64,000 nt of DNA, taken from the NCBI GenBank assembly GCA_902494585.1, contig CABUUD010000001.1, positions 13,351 through 77,350 on the forward strand. The letters are read 5' to 3'. The notes beneath the pieces are model-generated. The model saw only the letters and a list, made by a program, of their open reading frames with translations, was not told the origin of the DNA and searched no databases. Within the stretch, counting starts at the first letter, position 1. The number at the start of each line of letters is the position of its first letter. The translations under genes and the position numbers were made by a program. This document shows positions 1 to 9,787 of this stretch, one piece after another. Source of the stretch: an uncultured Collinsella sp. GTDB lineage: Bacteria; Actinomycetota; Coriobacteriia; Coriobacteriales; Coriobacteriaceae.

Positions 1-570
1 TGCGAACATGTTGCAGAACAGACGGACGGCGAGCGTGATGAGGCGCAGGAAGGTCGAGAAAAGCTCGACGACCCACACAAGCACGTTCATCGGGAAGCTC
101 ACGCCCTGCGGGGCGAGGCTCTTGATGTAGCCGATCACGCCGTGAGCCTTGCATCCGTAGTAGATGAAGTACACGAAGGCGAAGATGGCGAGCGCGGCGG
201 TGGAGCCGATTGCGCCGGTGCCGGGCTTCATTCCCGGGATCAGGCCGATCATGTTATTGATCAGGATGAACAGGAAAAGCGAGCACAGGAACGGGAAGTG
301 CTTCTTCCAGTTCTCACCCACGACGCCCTTGCCGATATCGTTCTCGACGTACTCGATGATGTACTCGAAACCGTTGACGAAGAAGCCCTTGGGAACCAGG
401 GTCTGCTTCTTCTTGAACACGGCCAGGACGATCAGGAGCACGATCGTGGAGACGATCAGCCAAAACGAGTACTGCGTGATGCCGCAGCTCAGATCGCCCA
501 CGACGGGGGTGGAGCTGAACTCGCTGACCAGATGATTAATCTCATCAGGCAGCTTTTCAAAAATTTCCAC
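1..570 (-). CDS. atpB: F0F1 ATP synthase subunit a (3' end beyond window start)
   Basis: Manual translation from GTG at 570 (RBS GAAAGG): hydrophobic protein with INNMIGLIPG and FLRLITLAVRLFCNMFA, the conserved subunit-a Arg motif. Confidence 0.95.
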   Translation of the reverse strand, partial: MEIFEKLPDEINHLVSEFSSTPVVGDLSCGITQYSFWLIVSTIVLLIVLAVFKKKQTLVPKGFFVNGFEYIIEYVENDIGKGVVGENWKKHFPFLCSLFLFILINNMIGLIPGMKPGTGAIGSTAALAIFAFVYFIYYGCKAHGVIGYIKSLAPQGVSFPMNVLVWVVELFSTFLRLITLAVRLFCNMFA

Positions 571-573
571 GAC

Positions 574-897
574 TTACCTTTCGACCTCATGAGGATCTCG
601 CAGCGCCTTGGCGACACGAACCGTGCAGGCGGCCATAAAGGCCACGAAGCCGATCGCCTCGCCCAGAAGGAACATGCGAAATGCCTCTCCGAACAACGCA
701 AACACAACCAAGGTAAAGACGAGCAGGGCGATTGCCGAGACCGCCAGACTCATCATGCCCTTGAGCATGTCCGCATTCTGCTTATCGTCAAGAACCGGCT
801 TGAGCGTAAAAACAAAGGGAAGAAAGGCGATTGCGCCCGCGATGGCGCCTGCAACGATAGCGAGCAGATCGGCTACCTGAAACACTGGCGTCCTCAC
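574..897 (-). CDS. Small membrane protein preceding atpB (AtpI-like)
   Basis: About 3 hydrophobic segments; sits directly upstream of atpB; GTG start at 897 or 885 uncertain. Confidence 0.65.
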   Translation of the reverse strand: MRTPVFQVADLLAIVAGAIAGAIAFLPFVFTLKPVLDDKQNADMLKGMMSLAVSAIALLVFTLVVFALFGEAFRMFLLGEAIGFVAFMAACTVRVAKALRDPHEVER

Positions 898-1167
898 TTT
901 CCTTTTTAACGCTTCACAGAACAGTTCCCGCCAAACATTGGTGACTATTGTACGAGCCAATCGCTAAAGTACAACCGAAAAAGCATCGGTTAATACGCAC
1001 CTGTTCGTTTTCTTAAGACCTTCTTTATGCCGCAGGTACGGTGATACGTTTTTTCGCGAACCCCTCTGGGCTAAACGTCCGTTAACAGGAGTGCGCGTGG
1101 ACGTCTTTTACTCGCCCGCGCGCACCATTTCTTCGTATTTGTGACCGTAGCCGACAAGGCCCGACGA

Positions 1168-1815
1168 CTACAGCGTGCCGTAGATGCGGTCGCCGGCATC
1201 GCCCAAGCCGGGGACGATGTAGGCGGCCTCGTTGAGGTGGTCGTCGATGGCGCAGGTATAGATATGCACGTCGGGGTCTTTCTCGGTCAGCGACTTGAGG
1301 CCCTCGGGGGCCGCGACGATGCACAGCATGCGGATGTCCTTGACACCGCGCTCGCGCAGATAGCTGATAGCCATCTCGGCAGAACCGCCCGTGGCGAGCA
1401 TGGGATCGACGACCAGGCAGATACGCTGGTCGATATCCTTGGGCATCTTGCAGTAATACTCATGCGGCTCGTGGGTGACCTCGTCGCGCTCCATGCCAAT
1501 GTGGCCCACGCGGGCAGAGGGCACCAGGTCGAGGATGCCATCGACCATTCCAAGGCCCGCGCGCAAAATGGGGACGATGGCGAGCTTCTTGCCGGCAAGC
1601 TGCTTAAACGTGGCAGTGGTGATGGGAGTCTCGACTTCGACATCCTCCATGGGCAGGTCGCGCATGGCCTCGTAGCCGTCAAAAAGCGCGAGCTCGCGTA
1701 CGAGTTGGCGGAACTGGTTGGTGCCGGTCGACTTATCGCGCAGGATCGACAACTTGTGCTGGACGAGCGGATGGTCGACAAGCGTCACGCGGGACGCATC
1801 GTAGGTAACGGTCAT
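1168..1815 (-). CDS. upp: Uracil phosphoribosyltransferase
   Basis: [27 protein letters not shown] and [12 protein letters not shown] motifs. Confidence 0.97.
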   Translation of the reverse strand: MTVTYDASRVTLVDHPLVQHKLSILRDKSTGTNQFRQLVRELALFDGYEAMRDLPMEDVEVETPITTATFKQLAGKKLAIVPILRAGLGMVDGILDLVPSARVGHIGMERDEVTHEPHEYYCKMPKDIDQRICLVVDPMLATGGSAEMAISYLRERGVKDIRMLCIVAAPEGLKSLTEKDPDVHIYTCAIDDHLNEAAYIVPGLGDAGDRIYGTL

Positions 1816-1938
1816 GGGTTGATTGCCCCTTTCGTTGCGGCCGCAAAACGACCTTGCTGACATGACGCACAGCGATGTTGCCGCCGCCCGCCGTGCATAA
1901 GTTTAGCGGTTTGTTGTATCGAGCGCCCCGTCGCAGCC

Positions 1939-3480
1939 CTATTGAGCGGTGCTGAGCGAACGCCTGACCGCATCGTGCCAACCGTCCAGGTTGTGCTCGC
2001 GACGCTCAACGGACATATGGGGATGGAATGTCTTGACGATCTGGGTGTTTTGCTCCAGCTCCTCCAGATCCTCCCAATACCCAACCGCGAGGCCCGCCAG
2101 ATACGCGGCACCGATCGCCGTTGTCTCCACCGACTCACATTGCAGTACGGGGATATCCAGCAAGTCTGCCTGGAACTGCATGATGAACTCGTTGCGCGAG
2201 GCGCCGCCATCGACGGACAGGCGCTCGATCGAAAGACCCACGTCCTGCTCCATGGCACGCAGCACGTCATAGCTCTGATAGGCCATGGACTCGCAAGCGG
2301 CACGCACGATGGTCGCGCGACTCGAGGCGCCGGTCAGACCGCATACGATGCCGCGGGCGTGCGCGTCCCACCAAGGTGCACCCAAGCCCGCAAAAGCGGG
2401 GACAAAGTAGCATCCCTCGTTATCGCCGATCGAGGAGGCGAGCTGTGCCGATTCGGATACGTTGGAGATAACGCCCATGTTGTCGCGCAGCCAGTTCATC
2501 GTTGAGCCGGCGGCAAAAATAGAGCCCTCGAGCGCATAGCTGACCTTGCCGTTCGCAGCGATACCGATGGTGGAGACCAGGCCATTCTTGGATTCGACAA
2601 TCTCGTCGCCGGTGTTCATGAGCATAAAGCAGCCCGTGCCATAGGTGTTTTTGGTCTGGCCGGGATGGAAGCAGCAGTGACCGAACAGCGACGCCTGCTG
2701 GTCGCCCGCCACACCCATGATGGGCGGCATGTTGGTCATGATGTCGCTCGCGACGCGGCCGTAGTCACCGGCGCTCCAACGGACCTCGGGCATCATGGCA
2801 CGCGGGATGTCGAAGAGCGCCAGCAGGTCATCGTCCCAGTCCAGCGTATGAATATTGAAGAGCGCTGTGCGGCTGGCATTGGTGTAGTCGGTGGCAAAGG
2901 TTTGGCCGCCGGTGAGGTTGTAGATGAGCCAGGTATCGATGGTGCCAAACATGAGGTCGCCCGCCGCCGCGCTCTCGCGTGCGCCGTCAACGTTGTCGAG
3001 AATCCACTGCACCTTGGAGGCCGAGAAATACGGGTCGAGCGTAAGGCCGGTGCGGGAACGCACCAGCTCCTCGCAGCCCTGCTCGGCCAGTTTATCGATT
3101 GTCGAGGCGGTGCGACGGCATTGCCACACAATGGCGTTATAGATGGGTTGGCCGCTTATGCGGTCCCACACCACCGTGGTCTCGCGCTGGTTGGAGATAC
3201 CGATGGCGGCGATGCGATCGGAATGGATGCCGCTCTTAAACTGGACCTCCATCATCACGCCGATCTGGCTGGCAAGCACCTCCGTGGGATCCTGCTCCAC
3301 CCAGCCGGGGCACGGGAAGCTGGTTTTGACGCTACGACGCGCCTGGGCGACGATGCAGCCGTACTCGTCGACGATGGTCGCGAGTACCGAGGTGGTGCCG
3401 CAGTCGAGCGCCATGATGTAGGAACCGCCAAAGCTAAACGAGGCGTCTTCCATACCCAGGCTACCTAGATTCAACGACAT
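1939..3480 (-). CDS. glpK: Glycerol kinase
   Basis: ALDCGTTS, PGWVEQDP, NQRETT, WQCRRT, GDQQA and KNTYGTGCF motifs. Confidence 0.93.
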   Translation of the reverse strand: MSLNLGSLGMEDASFSFGGSYIMALDCGTTSVLATIVDEYGCIVAQARRSVKTSFPCPGWVEQDPTEVLASQIGVMMEVQFKSGIHSDRIAAIGISNQRETTVVWDRISGQPIYNAIVWQCRRTASTIDKLAEQGCEELVRSRTGLTLDPYFSASKVQWILDNVDGARESAAAGDLMFGTIDTWLIYNLTGGQTFATDYTNASRTALFNIHTLDWDDDLLALFDIPRAMMPEVRWSAGDYGRVASDIMTNMPPIMGVAGDQQASLFGHCCFHPGQTKNTYGTGCFMLMNTGDEIVESKNGLVSTIGIAANGKVSYALEGSIFAAGSTMNWLRDNMGVISNVSESAQLASSIGDNEGCYFVPAFAGLGAPWWDAHARGIVCGLTGASSRATIVRAACESMAYQSYDVLRAMEQDVGLSIERLSVDGGASRNEFIMQFQADLLDIPVLQCESVETTAIGAAYLAGLAVGYWEDLEELEQNTQIVKTFHPHMSVERREHNLDGWHDAVRRSLSTAQ

Positions 3481-3493
3481 CGCTTACACCTTT

Positions 3494-4237
3494 CTATTGC
3501 ATCGGGTCGGACAGGACCCGCTCGATCTCTGATGCGGGAAGTGCGCCTTGGCGCAGGATCTGGAGCTCGCCATGCTTAAACGCCACGATGGTCGAAGCGT
3601 CGCGGCACGGGGTCTCGCCCGCGTCGACGGCCACATCGACCCCCTCCAGAATGCGGTCCTCAACGTCGGCAAAGCTTGCCGGCGCGGGCGCGCCGTGCGT
3701 GTTGGCGCTGGTGCAGGCAAGCGGACTGCCACAAGCACGGATGAGCGCTTGGACCACGGGAGAGGCCGAAGCGCGCAGGGCCACGGTGTCGTCGGCGGCG
3801 CGCATAAAGGTCGGCACGCAGGGGGCTGCCTTGACCACGATAGTCAGGGCGCCCGGCCAGCATCTTCGGACAAGCGCGCGGGCCTCTTCCGGAATATCAA
3901 CGCCGTAGCGGTCGAGGGCCTCGGCATCATCGACCAGCCAGGCGACGGTTTGCGTGAGTTCACGTTGCTTGAGAGTGAAAATACGGCGATAGCCGGTGCC
4001 GAGCGCAGGGACTGCGGCGCCGTTGACGGCAGCCTGCGGATCGCGCGGCCACGATGGGAATTCGCTTGTATCTTGGGGTACGGCGTCCGAGAAGGCATTG
4101 ACTGCCACGGCGACACCATAGACGGTCTCGGTCGGGATCAGCGCCAAGCCGCCACAGCCGAGTACCTCGGCCGTACGCTCGACGGCGAGCCGATGCGGCT
4201 CACGCGCTCCCTCGAATACCCGATAGACCGTCTGCAT
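3494..4237 (-). CDS. tsaC: L-threonylcarbamoyladenylate synthase (Sua5/YrdC)
   Basis: PTETVYG, WPGALT, TSAN and STIV motifs; prfA-prmC neighbourhood. Confidence 0.9.
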   Translation of the reverse strand: MQTVYRVFEGAREPHRLAVERTAEVLGCGGLALIPTETVYGVAVAVNAFSDAVPQDTSEFPSWPRDPQAAVNGAAVPALGTGYRRIFTLKQRELTQTVAWLVDDAEALDRYGVDIPEEARALVRRCWPGALTIVVKAAPCVPTFMRAADDTVALRASASPVVQALIRACGSPLACTSANTHGAPAPASFADVEDRILEGVDVAVDAGETPCRDASTIVAFKHGELQILRQGALPASEIERVLSDPMQ

Positions 4238-4371
4238 GTGTATGCCAGCCCCTTACGCTCTGGTGAAAGTTTGTTTACTGAGGGGCATTCTCGCACGAAA
4301 CGTTCAACCTATTTGCCCAGAGCGCATGTTGGTTTGGTGAGCGGCTCTAGTAGTCGGTGAAAGTGAGGGGG

Positions 4372-4818
4372 TTATTGGACTGCGACGAACTTCTTTGGCC
4401 TGCCGGCGTGGCGTTCTTGGGCGGCGTAGCGCTCGATGCTGTCTATCGTTATCATCCGACGGCCGTCGACGAGTTCAACATCGAGCTTTCCTGCTTTGAC
4501 CAGCGCGGTAATCCGCGAAGCGGAGACTTTGAGGTCCAGCGCTGCGTCTTTAAATGTTCGGCACGCCGCTTCCCGAGCGTCCTCGTGGTCGATTTCGACT
4601 GAAAGGGCCACGACCTCGGCCGAGCGTTCGTACCCCGCCGGAGTCAAACCGTTGTTGAGGTCGTCGGCCAAAAACGCCATCAGTGCCTCGGTGGCATGGG
4701 CAATCGCTTCTTCGCGCGTATCGCCATCGGCAAAAGCGCCGGGAATCTGCGGGAAGCTGGCGCAGTACCCGTCGTCTTCTTTTATGAGAACGCAGTCATA
4801 GGTAAATCGCTGCCTCAT
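4372..4818 (-). CDS. hicB: HicB-family antitoxin with C-terminal HTH
   Basis: EDDGYCASFPQIPGAFADGDTREEAI HicB motif; follows hicA. Confidence 0.9.
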   Translation of the reverse strand: MRQRFTYDCVLIKEDDGYCASFPQIPGAFADGDTREEAIAHATEALMAFLADDLNNGLTPAGYERSAEVVALSVEIDHEDAREAACRTFKDAALDLKVSASRITALVKAGKLDVELVDGRRMITIDSIERYAAQERHAGRPKKFVAVQ

Positions 4819-4829
4819 TTTGCCTCCAA

Positions 4830-5015
4830 CTACCATCCAGCTTGGCGACGAATACTTGCCCACGTGCCCTTCTTCGGTCGATCACCACCAGAGCCGTTCA
4901 CGGTGACAACACGGTCACCAGAAACATACTTAGCATGACTACCAACTTGCGCGACCTTCACGAATCCATCGTGCTTGAGTAGGGCAATAATTTCCCGAAA
5001 GGTAGGAGGTTGCAT
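4830..5015 (-). CDS. hicA: HicA-family toxin (mRNA interferase)
   Basis: 61 aa; EIIALLKHDGF...GSH...KGTWASIRRQAG. Confidence 0.9.
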   Translation of the reverse strand: MQPPTFREIIALLKHDGFVKVAQVGSHAKYVSGDRVVTVNGSGGDRPKKGTWASIRRQAGW

Positions 5016-5040
5016 GGGCCGACCTCTTTCAGCCGTCCTA

Positions 5041-5069
5041 ATTATAAACTACTTTATAATTTTTGCTAA
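5041..5069 (-). promoter_or_regulatory. hicAB promoter with palindromic operator
   Basis: TTAGCA-N17-TATAAT on minus strand; perfect inverted repeat ATTATAAA-ctac-TTTATAAT (5041-5060) over the -10. Confidence 0.65.
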
Positions 5070-5083
5070 CCAGTTAATAAATA

Positions 5084-6334
5084 TTACTGGCGCTGTTTGG
5101 GCTCGGTGACGATGGCTCGGACGATGCGGGGACGATCGGTGAGGTCGCGGACGATGCGCACGTCCAAGAGACCCGCCTGGCGGCAGAGCTCGGCGGCGGC
5201 GTCGAGGGCACCCTCGTAGAGCTCGCAGGCAAACAGGCCGCCGACGCGCAGCATATAGGGCGCCGCGTTGAGCAGGCGGCGGAAGATATCGAGGCCGTCG
5301 GCACCGCCCTCGAGCGCCAAATCGGGCTCGAAGTCCTTGACCTCGTGCGGTAGCGAGCGCATGACGTCGGTCGGAATGTAAGGCGGGTTGGAGACGAGCA
5401 CGTCGAAGGTGCCCCATTCCTCGCGGGGGATAGAGCTCACCAGGTTCGTGAGGCTGAAGGCGACCTCATCGGACGTAAGCCCGAGCGCGTCGCGGTTTTT
5501 GGTGGCCAGGTCAATGGCACGCGGTTCGATATCGGTAGCAGTGCAGGTGACATGGCCGCGGCGCTCCCAGGCAAGGGAAAGCGAGATGCAACCCGTGCCG
5601 CAGCCAACCTCGAGAACGCGAGCGATACGGGGCTCGACCGGAGCGGGCGCGGCGGCATCCTGCACTAGAGCAGCCTCCTGGTCGGCACCTTCGATGGCAA
5701 TGCCGTATTCGTCGAGCTTGGACTCAGCGGTTTCCTCGGCCTCGGCCTCTGCTGCTTGCTCGGCGGCTTGCTCGGCCTCGCGATCGGCTAGCTCCTCGGC
5801 ATAGGCGCGACTGCCCAGCACATCGCCACCCAACGCCGCCTCGTCGGCAGCTGTGAGGTTGGCGGCACGGCGCTCGGCCGTCGCTCGCTCGTCGGCCAAT
5901 GCGGCTTCGGCTTTGCGTGCCTGCTCGACCTCATCGTTCCAGGGCAGCTCAACGCGCTGACGGGCGGCAGCCTCGGGGCTCAGCACCTCGGCATCCAGAT
6001 AATTGAGGACTTCCTCGACGAGCATCTCGGTCTCGGGACGCGGAATGAGTACGCCGGGGGCGCACGCGACGTCGATCATGCGGAACTGCGTGCTGCCGGT
6101 GATGTACTGCAACGGCTCGCCCTTGGCGCGACGGACGACCGCCGCGTGCATGGTCTCGAGCTGCGCTGCATCGAGTGTCTCGTCCATACGCATATATAAG
6201 TCGATGCGCGCCAGACCCGTGGCTGCGCACAGCAGCCATTCGGCAGAAAGACGGGGGTGTTCCTCGCCGCGCTCGGCCAGGTACTCCTTGGTCCACTCGA
6301 GACAACGCTTGATGGTCCAGATCTCGTTTGCCAT
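5084..6334 (-). CDS. prmC: Release factor glutamine methyltransferase with long acidic insertion
   Basis: RRAKGEPLQYITG, LIPRPETE, EVGCGTG and NPPY motifs; downstream of prfA. Confidence 0.95.
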   Translation of the reverse strand: MANEIWTIKRCLEWTKEYLAERGEEHPRLSAEWLLCAATGLARIDLYMRMDETLDAAQLETMHAAVVRRAKGEPLQYITGSTQFRMIDVACAPGVLIPRPETEMLVEEVLNYLDAEVLSPEAAARQRVELPWNDEVEQARKAEAALADERATAERRAANLTAADEAALGGDVLGSRAYAEELADREAEQAAEQAAEAEAEETAESKLDEYGIAIEGADQEAALVQDAAAPAPVEPRIARVLEVGCGTGCISLSLAWERRGHVTCTATDIEPRAIDLATKNRDALGLTSDEVAFSLTNLVSSIPREEWGTFDVLVSNPPYIPTDVMRSLPHEVKDFEPDLALEGGADGLDIFRRLLNAAPYMLRVGGLFACELYEGALDAAAELCRQAGLLDVRIVRDLTDRPRIVRAIVTEPKQRQ

Positions 6335-6499
6335 GGGGTCCTCCCCTCCTAAGCGCCGGGCGGCGCGCGAATGTCGGAGCAGATTGTACGCGAGGCCAGC
6401 GCTTGGCAAGGGACGATTGAAGGCGATTATCGAGAATCAGCCCAGAATTTTGCACCGGGCTCGCTCAAAGTGTTCATTCGCCGACGTCTAGATTTGCAT

Positions 6500-6571
6500 C
6501 CGTCAAGTTTTTGGCAAGGTTGCCCCAAAACTGACCAATATCTAACCAAGAACTTGCCAAATCACTTGACG
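6500..6571. repeat. Intergenic inverted repeat
   Basis: CGTCAAGTTTTTGGCAAG ... CTTGCCAAATCACTTGACG. Confidence 0.6.
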
Positions 6572-6758
6572 CGCGACGCACCAAAAAGGGCCCCGCGACT
6601 TCTTGGACGATTTTTCGAGCAATATTTTCAATAGCAGATGAAGGCTGTTAATCACTTTGAGCGGGTATGCAGCTTAATTTCTAACAAAGAAGATTAAATA
6701 AACTCGAAAAGTAATTTACCCAACCTAGTCATTTAAGACGTCCCCAATGACTACCTCT

Positions 6759-6928
6759 AAGGCGCCGCAGGTTGAGCATAAGTCAGCGAAAACGCCCCTA
6801 AGCGAGCAAGGTGACGTGAAAGAGGAGGGAAGCGTACTTCGGTACGCGACCGACGATTGAACGTCAGATTGCCGCTTAGGGGCGTTTGCAGCGTCGAGCC
6901 GTTACGGCGTTTGGTAAAACGCCGTAAC
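6759..6928 (+). repeat. About 170-bp structured dispersed repeat, copy 1 (ncRNA- or MITE-like)
   Basis: Closely similar to 27441-27611; nested stems with a cUUCGg loop. Confidence 0.85.
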
Positions 6929-7996
6929 TTAAACGGCCTGCGCCAGCTTCTCGGCACGCTCGGCGGCGGCGAGCGCCTCGATCACGGTGCCGAGCTGGTC
7001 GCCCAGAAGGACGCCGTTGTAGGTGGAGTTGAAACCGATGCGGTGGTCGGTCACGCGGTCCTGGGGCTGGTTGTAGGTGCGGATCTTCTCGGAACGGTTG
7101 CCGTGGCCGATCTGGCTCTGGCGCTCGGCACCGAGCTCTGCCTGCTGCTTCTCGAGCTCCATCTCGTACAGACGGGCACGCAGCATCTGCATGCAGACCT
7201 CGCGGTTCTGGATCTGGGAGCGCTGCTCCTGCGACTGCACCACGGTGTTGGTGGGCAGGTGGGTGATACGCACGGCGGAGTAGGTGGTGTTAACGCACTG
7301 ACCGCCAGGGCCCGAGGCGCAGTAAGTATCGATGCGCAGGTCGGACTGGTTGATCTGGACGTCAATCTCCTCGGCCTCGGGAAGTACGGCGACGGTAGCC
7401 GTGGAGGTCTGGATGCGGCCCTGGGACTCGGTCTTGGGAACGCGCTGGACACGGTGCACGCCGGACTCGAACTTCATGACGGAGTAGACGCGGTCGCCCT
7501 CGACCTTGAACTCGATGGACTTAAAGCCGCCGGCCTCGCTGGGACTGGAATCGAGCACGGTGGTCTTCCAGCCGCGAGACTCGCAAAAGCGCTGGTACAT
7601 CTTGTACAGGTCGCCGGCGAAGATGGCCGCCTCGTCGCCACCGGCGGCGGAGCGGATCTCGACGATGGTGTTCTTGTCGTCGTTGGGGTCGCTCGGGATG
7701 AGCATGTACTTGATATCTTCCTCGAGCTGGGGAAGCTTAGCCTCGTTTTCGGAGATGTCCGTCTGGAGCATCTCCTTCTCATCGGCATCGGTAGTATCGT
7801 GGAGCATTTCCTTGGCAGCCTCGATGTCGTCGAGCGCGCCGATGTACTCGCGCGAGGCAGCAATGAGGTCGGACTGGTGCGCGTACTCCTTGTTGAGACG
7901 CGTGAACTCCTTGATGTCGGAGGCGACGGCCGGGTCGGACAGCTTCTTCTCGAGCTCCTCGTAGGCCTTGATGATCTTTTCGAGCTTGTCGCGCAT
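6929..7996 (-). CDS. prfA: Peptide chain release factor 1
   Basis: GVHRVQRVPKT (PxT), GPGGQ and RSEKIRTYN motifs. Confidence 0.98.
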   Translation of the reverse strand: MRDKLEKIIKAYEELEKKLSDPAVASDIKEFTRLNKEYAHQSDLIAASREYIGALDDIEAAKEMLHDTTDADEKEMLQTDISENEAKLPQLEEDIKYMLIPSDPNDDKNTIVEIRSAAGGDEAAIFAGDLYKMYQRFCESRGWKTTVLDSSPSEAGGFKSIEFKVEGDRVYSVMKFESGVHRVQRVPKTESQGRIQTSTATVAVLPEAEEIDVQINQSDLRIDTYCASGPGGQCVNTTYSAVRITHLPTNTVVQSQEQRSQIQNREVCMQMLRARLYEMELEKQQAELGAERQSQIGHGNRSEKIRTYNQPQDRVTDHRIGFNSTYNGVLLGDQLGTVIEALAAAERAEKLAQAV

Positions 7997-8206
7997 GGCA
8001 GGACTCCTTTATATGCGTGAAGATGAAAATCGGCAGAGTTGATGGGGCGCATGGCGCCACTGCGGGGGTAAGCCCAGCTAGAACATGTCGATCTTCAGAT
8101 ACATGCGCATCCCTTCGCGTGTGGGGTACATAGTTGCGGTCTAACCCATACATGATAGCGTGCGCAGACAAACCTGCATATAACCCGCACGGAATGAGTG
8201 GACGTA

Positions 8207-8258
8207 GCCGTTGGGTATGTTCCTTAACGACTAGTCGTTTAAGAACGTTCCCAACGGC
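8207..8258. repeat. Long imperfect hairpin downstream of the M20 peptidase gene
   Basis: GCCGTTGGG...GTTC..AACGACT/AGTCGTT..GAAC...CCCAACGGC. Confidence 0.55.
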
Positions 8259-8260
8259 CA

Positions 8261-8287
8261 ACAAAGGGACTGTCGCTTTGTCACATT
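8261..8287. repeat. REP-like palindrome (TGTGACAAAGGGACTGTCCCTTTGTCACA family), partial copy
   Basis: ACAAAGGGACTGTCGCTTTGTCACAT; abuts a stop codon. Confidence 0.75.
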
Positions 8288-9715
8288 CTAGAGCGTGTGG
8301 AGCAGGGCGATGAGGAAGCGGACACCCTGGAGGTAGGCACGGCGGGTAATGCGCTCGTTAGTGCCGTGGACACCGCGCTCGCACTCGTCATCGTCGACCA
8401 CAAACGCCGAAAAACGAATGCACTCGGAGCAAATGCGCTGATAGTTGGCAGCGTCGGTCGCGCCGATGACAGTTGAGGGGACGATGCTGACAGGAGCCCC
8501 GCCCGTCGTAGATGATCCGTTTTCCTCCGTCCCCTTTGGATCACGGAAATAGCGGGCGGCAATGGCGCGAACGGCCTCAAGTCCCGGTCCGCCGACACGC
8601 GGGGACGGCGAGGGCTCGGAGCTGCCGGGGCCGAGTTCGACCTCCACACGTCCGGCAAGGCCCGCCGCGGCAACGGCCTCGCAGCAGCAGGTAACGACAT
8701 CGGCCACGCCCGTGCCCTCGAGCATGCGGAAGTTGATATTGGCCCACATATCCTGTGGCATCACGTTAGCGCCAGTGCTGCCGCCCTCGATCTGCGTGGG
8801 CGCGCAGGTGGTCGTCACCAGCGGATAGAGCTTTTTGCTGACGAGGCAATCGCGGACAATGGCATCCCCGTTGGCGGCAATTTCATCGGCCGTGTAGAGC
8901 CCCAGCTCGACGAGCTGTACGGCAAGCAGATCGGTCACACGCGTCGGCCACTCGATATCGCAGATTGCGGCGATGGCACGGCTCAGCACCTCGAGCGAAG
9001 TGCCGCCGTAGGGGTTAGACGAATGCCCGCCTTCACTCTTCGTCTTGAGCACGATATCGGCATAGCCCTTCTCGGCAAGGTCGGCATGCATAAGCCAGCC
9101 CTCGCCCGCGCCGTACTCGGCAGCCGAAACAATACGGTAGTCGCCCTCGTCGATCAGGTACTCAAGCTCAATGCCGCGCTCCTCGAGCACGCGGCCGATG
9201 GCGCCTGCGCCGTACTGCGTAGTCTCCTCGTCCTGGCCAAAGGCGAGCAGCAGGGTGCGCTCGTGCTCCCAGCCGTGCGCCAGCGCATACTCAACCGCCT
9301 CGAGAATGCCTGCGACCTGGTCTTTCATGTCGATAGCGCCGCGACCCCAAATGTAGGTGTCGTCCACGTGGCCACTAAAGGGGGCATGCGTCCAGTCAGC
9401 CTCGGTGCCGGGCACCACGGGGACCACGTCCATGTGGCCCATGAGCATGACGGGTTTGAGGGCGGGGTCGGAACCGCTAAGCGTCACCAACAGCGAATGG
9501 TCGATAAGCTCGACCTCGCCCGCCGCAAACACGCGCGGCCACGCCTGCTGCATATAAGCGCGCAGGTCGTCGAAGGGCTGCCAGTCCACCGCCTCGGCAT
9601 CCATGCTCGAGACGGTCGGAAACGACAGCACGCGGCCCAGGCGTTTGCACGCGCCAGCTTCGTCCAAATCGGCAAAATCATCCTCATGCGCAAAGAAGCG
9701 CCAAACCTCGGCCAT
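8288..9715 (-). CDS. M20-family peptidase/amidohydrolase
   Basis: GHMDVVP, GRGAIDMK, QDEE, GGHSS, GATD and HGTNERI motifs. Confidence 0.92.
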   Translation of the reverse strand: MAEVWRFFAHEDDFADLDEAGACKRLGRVLSFPTVSSMDAEAVDWQPFDDLRAYMQQAWPRVFAAGEVELIDHSLLVTLSGSDPALKPVMLMGHMDVVPVVPGTEADWTHAPFSGHVDDTYIWGRGAIDMKDQVAGILEAVEYALAHGWEHERTLLLAFGQDEETTQYGAGAIGRVLEERGIELEYLIDEGDYRIVSAAEYGAGEGWLMHADLAEKGYADIVLKTKSEGGHSSNPYGGTSLEVLSRAIAAICDIEWPTRVTDLLAVQLVELGLYTADEIAANGDAIVRDCLVSKKLYPLVTTTCAPTQIEGGSTGANVMPQDMWANINFRMLEGTGVADVVTCCCEAVAAAGLAGRVEVELGPGSSEPSPSPRVGGPGLEAVRAIAARYFRDPKGTEENGSSTTGGAPVSIVPSTVIGATDAANYQRICSECIRFSAFVVDDDECERGVHGTNERITRRAYLQGVRFLIALLHTL

Positions 9716-9787
9716 GACATCCTTTCGATTGTGATGACGAGGGCCGCCCCACCGGAGCGGCCCTGCCACATAAGCGTTTGCGATCGG

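Noticed and set aside
6757..6957. Similar small ORFs at 6757-6957 and 27401-27644
   Set aside because: Similarity comes from the DNA repeat; changes preserve base pairing, not reading frame
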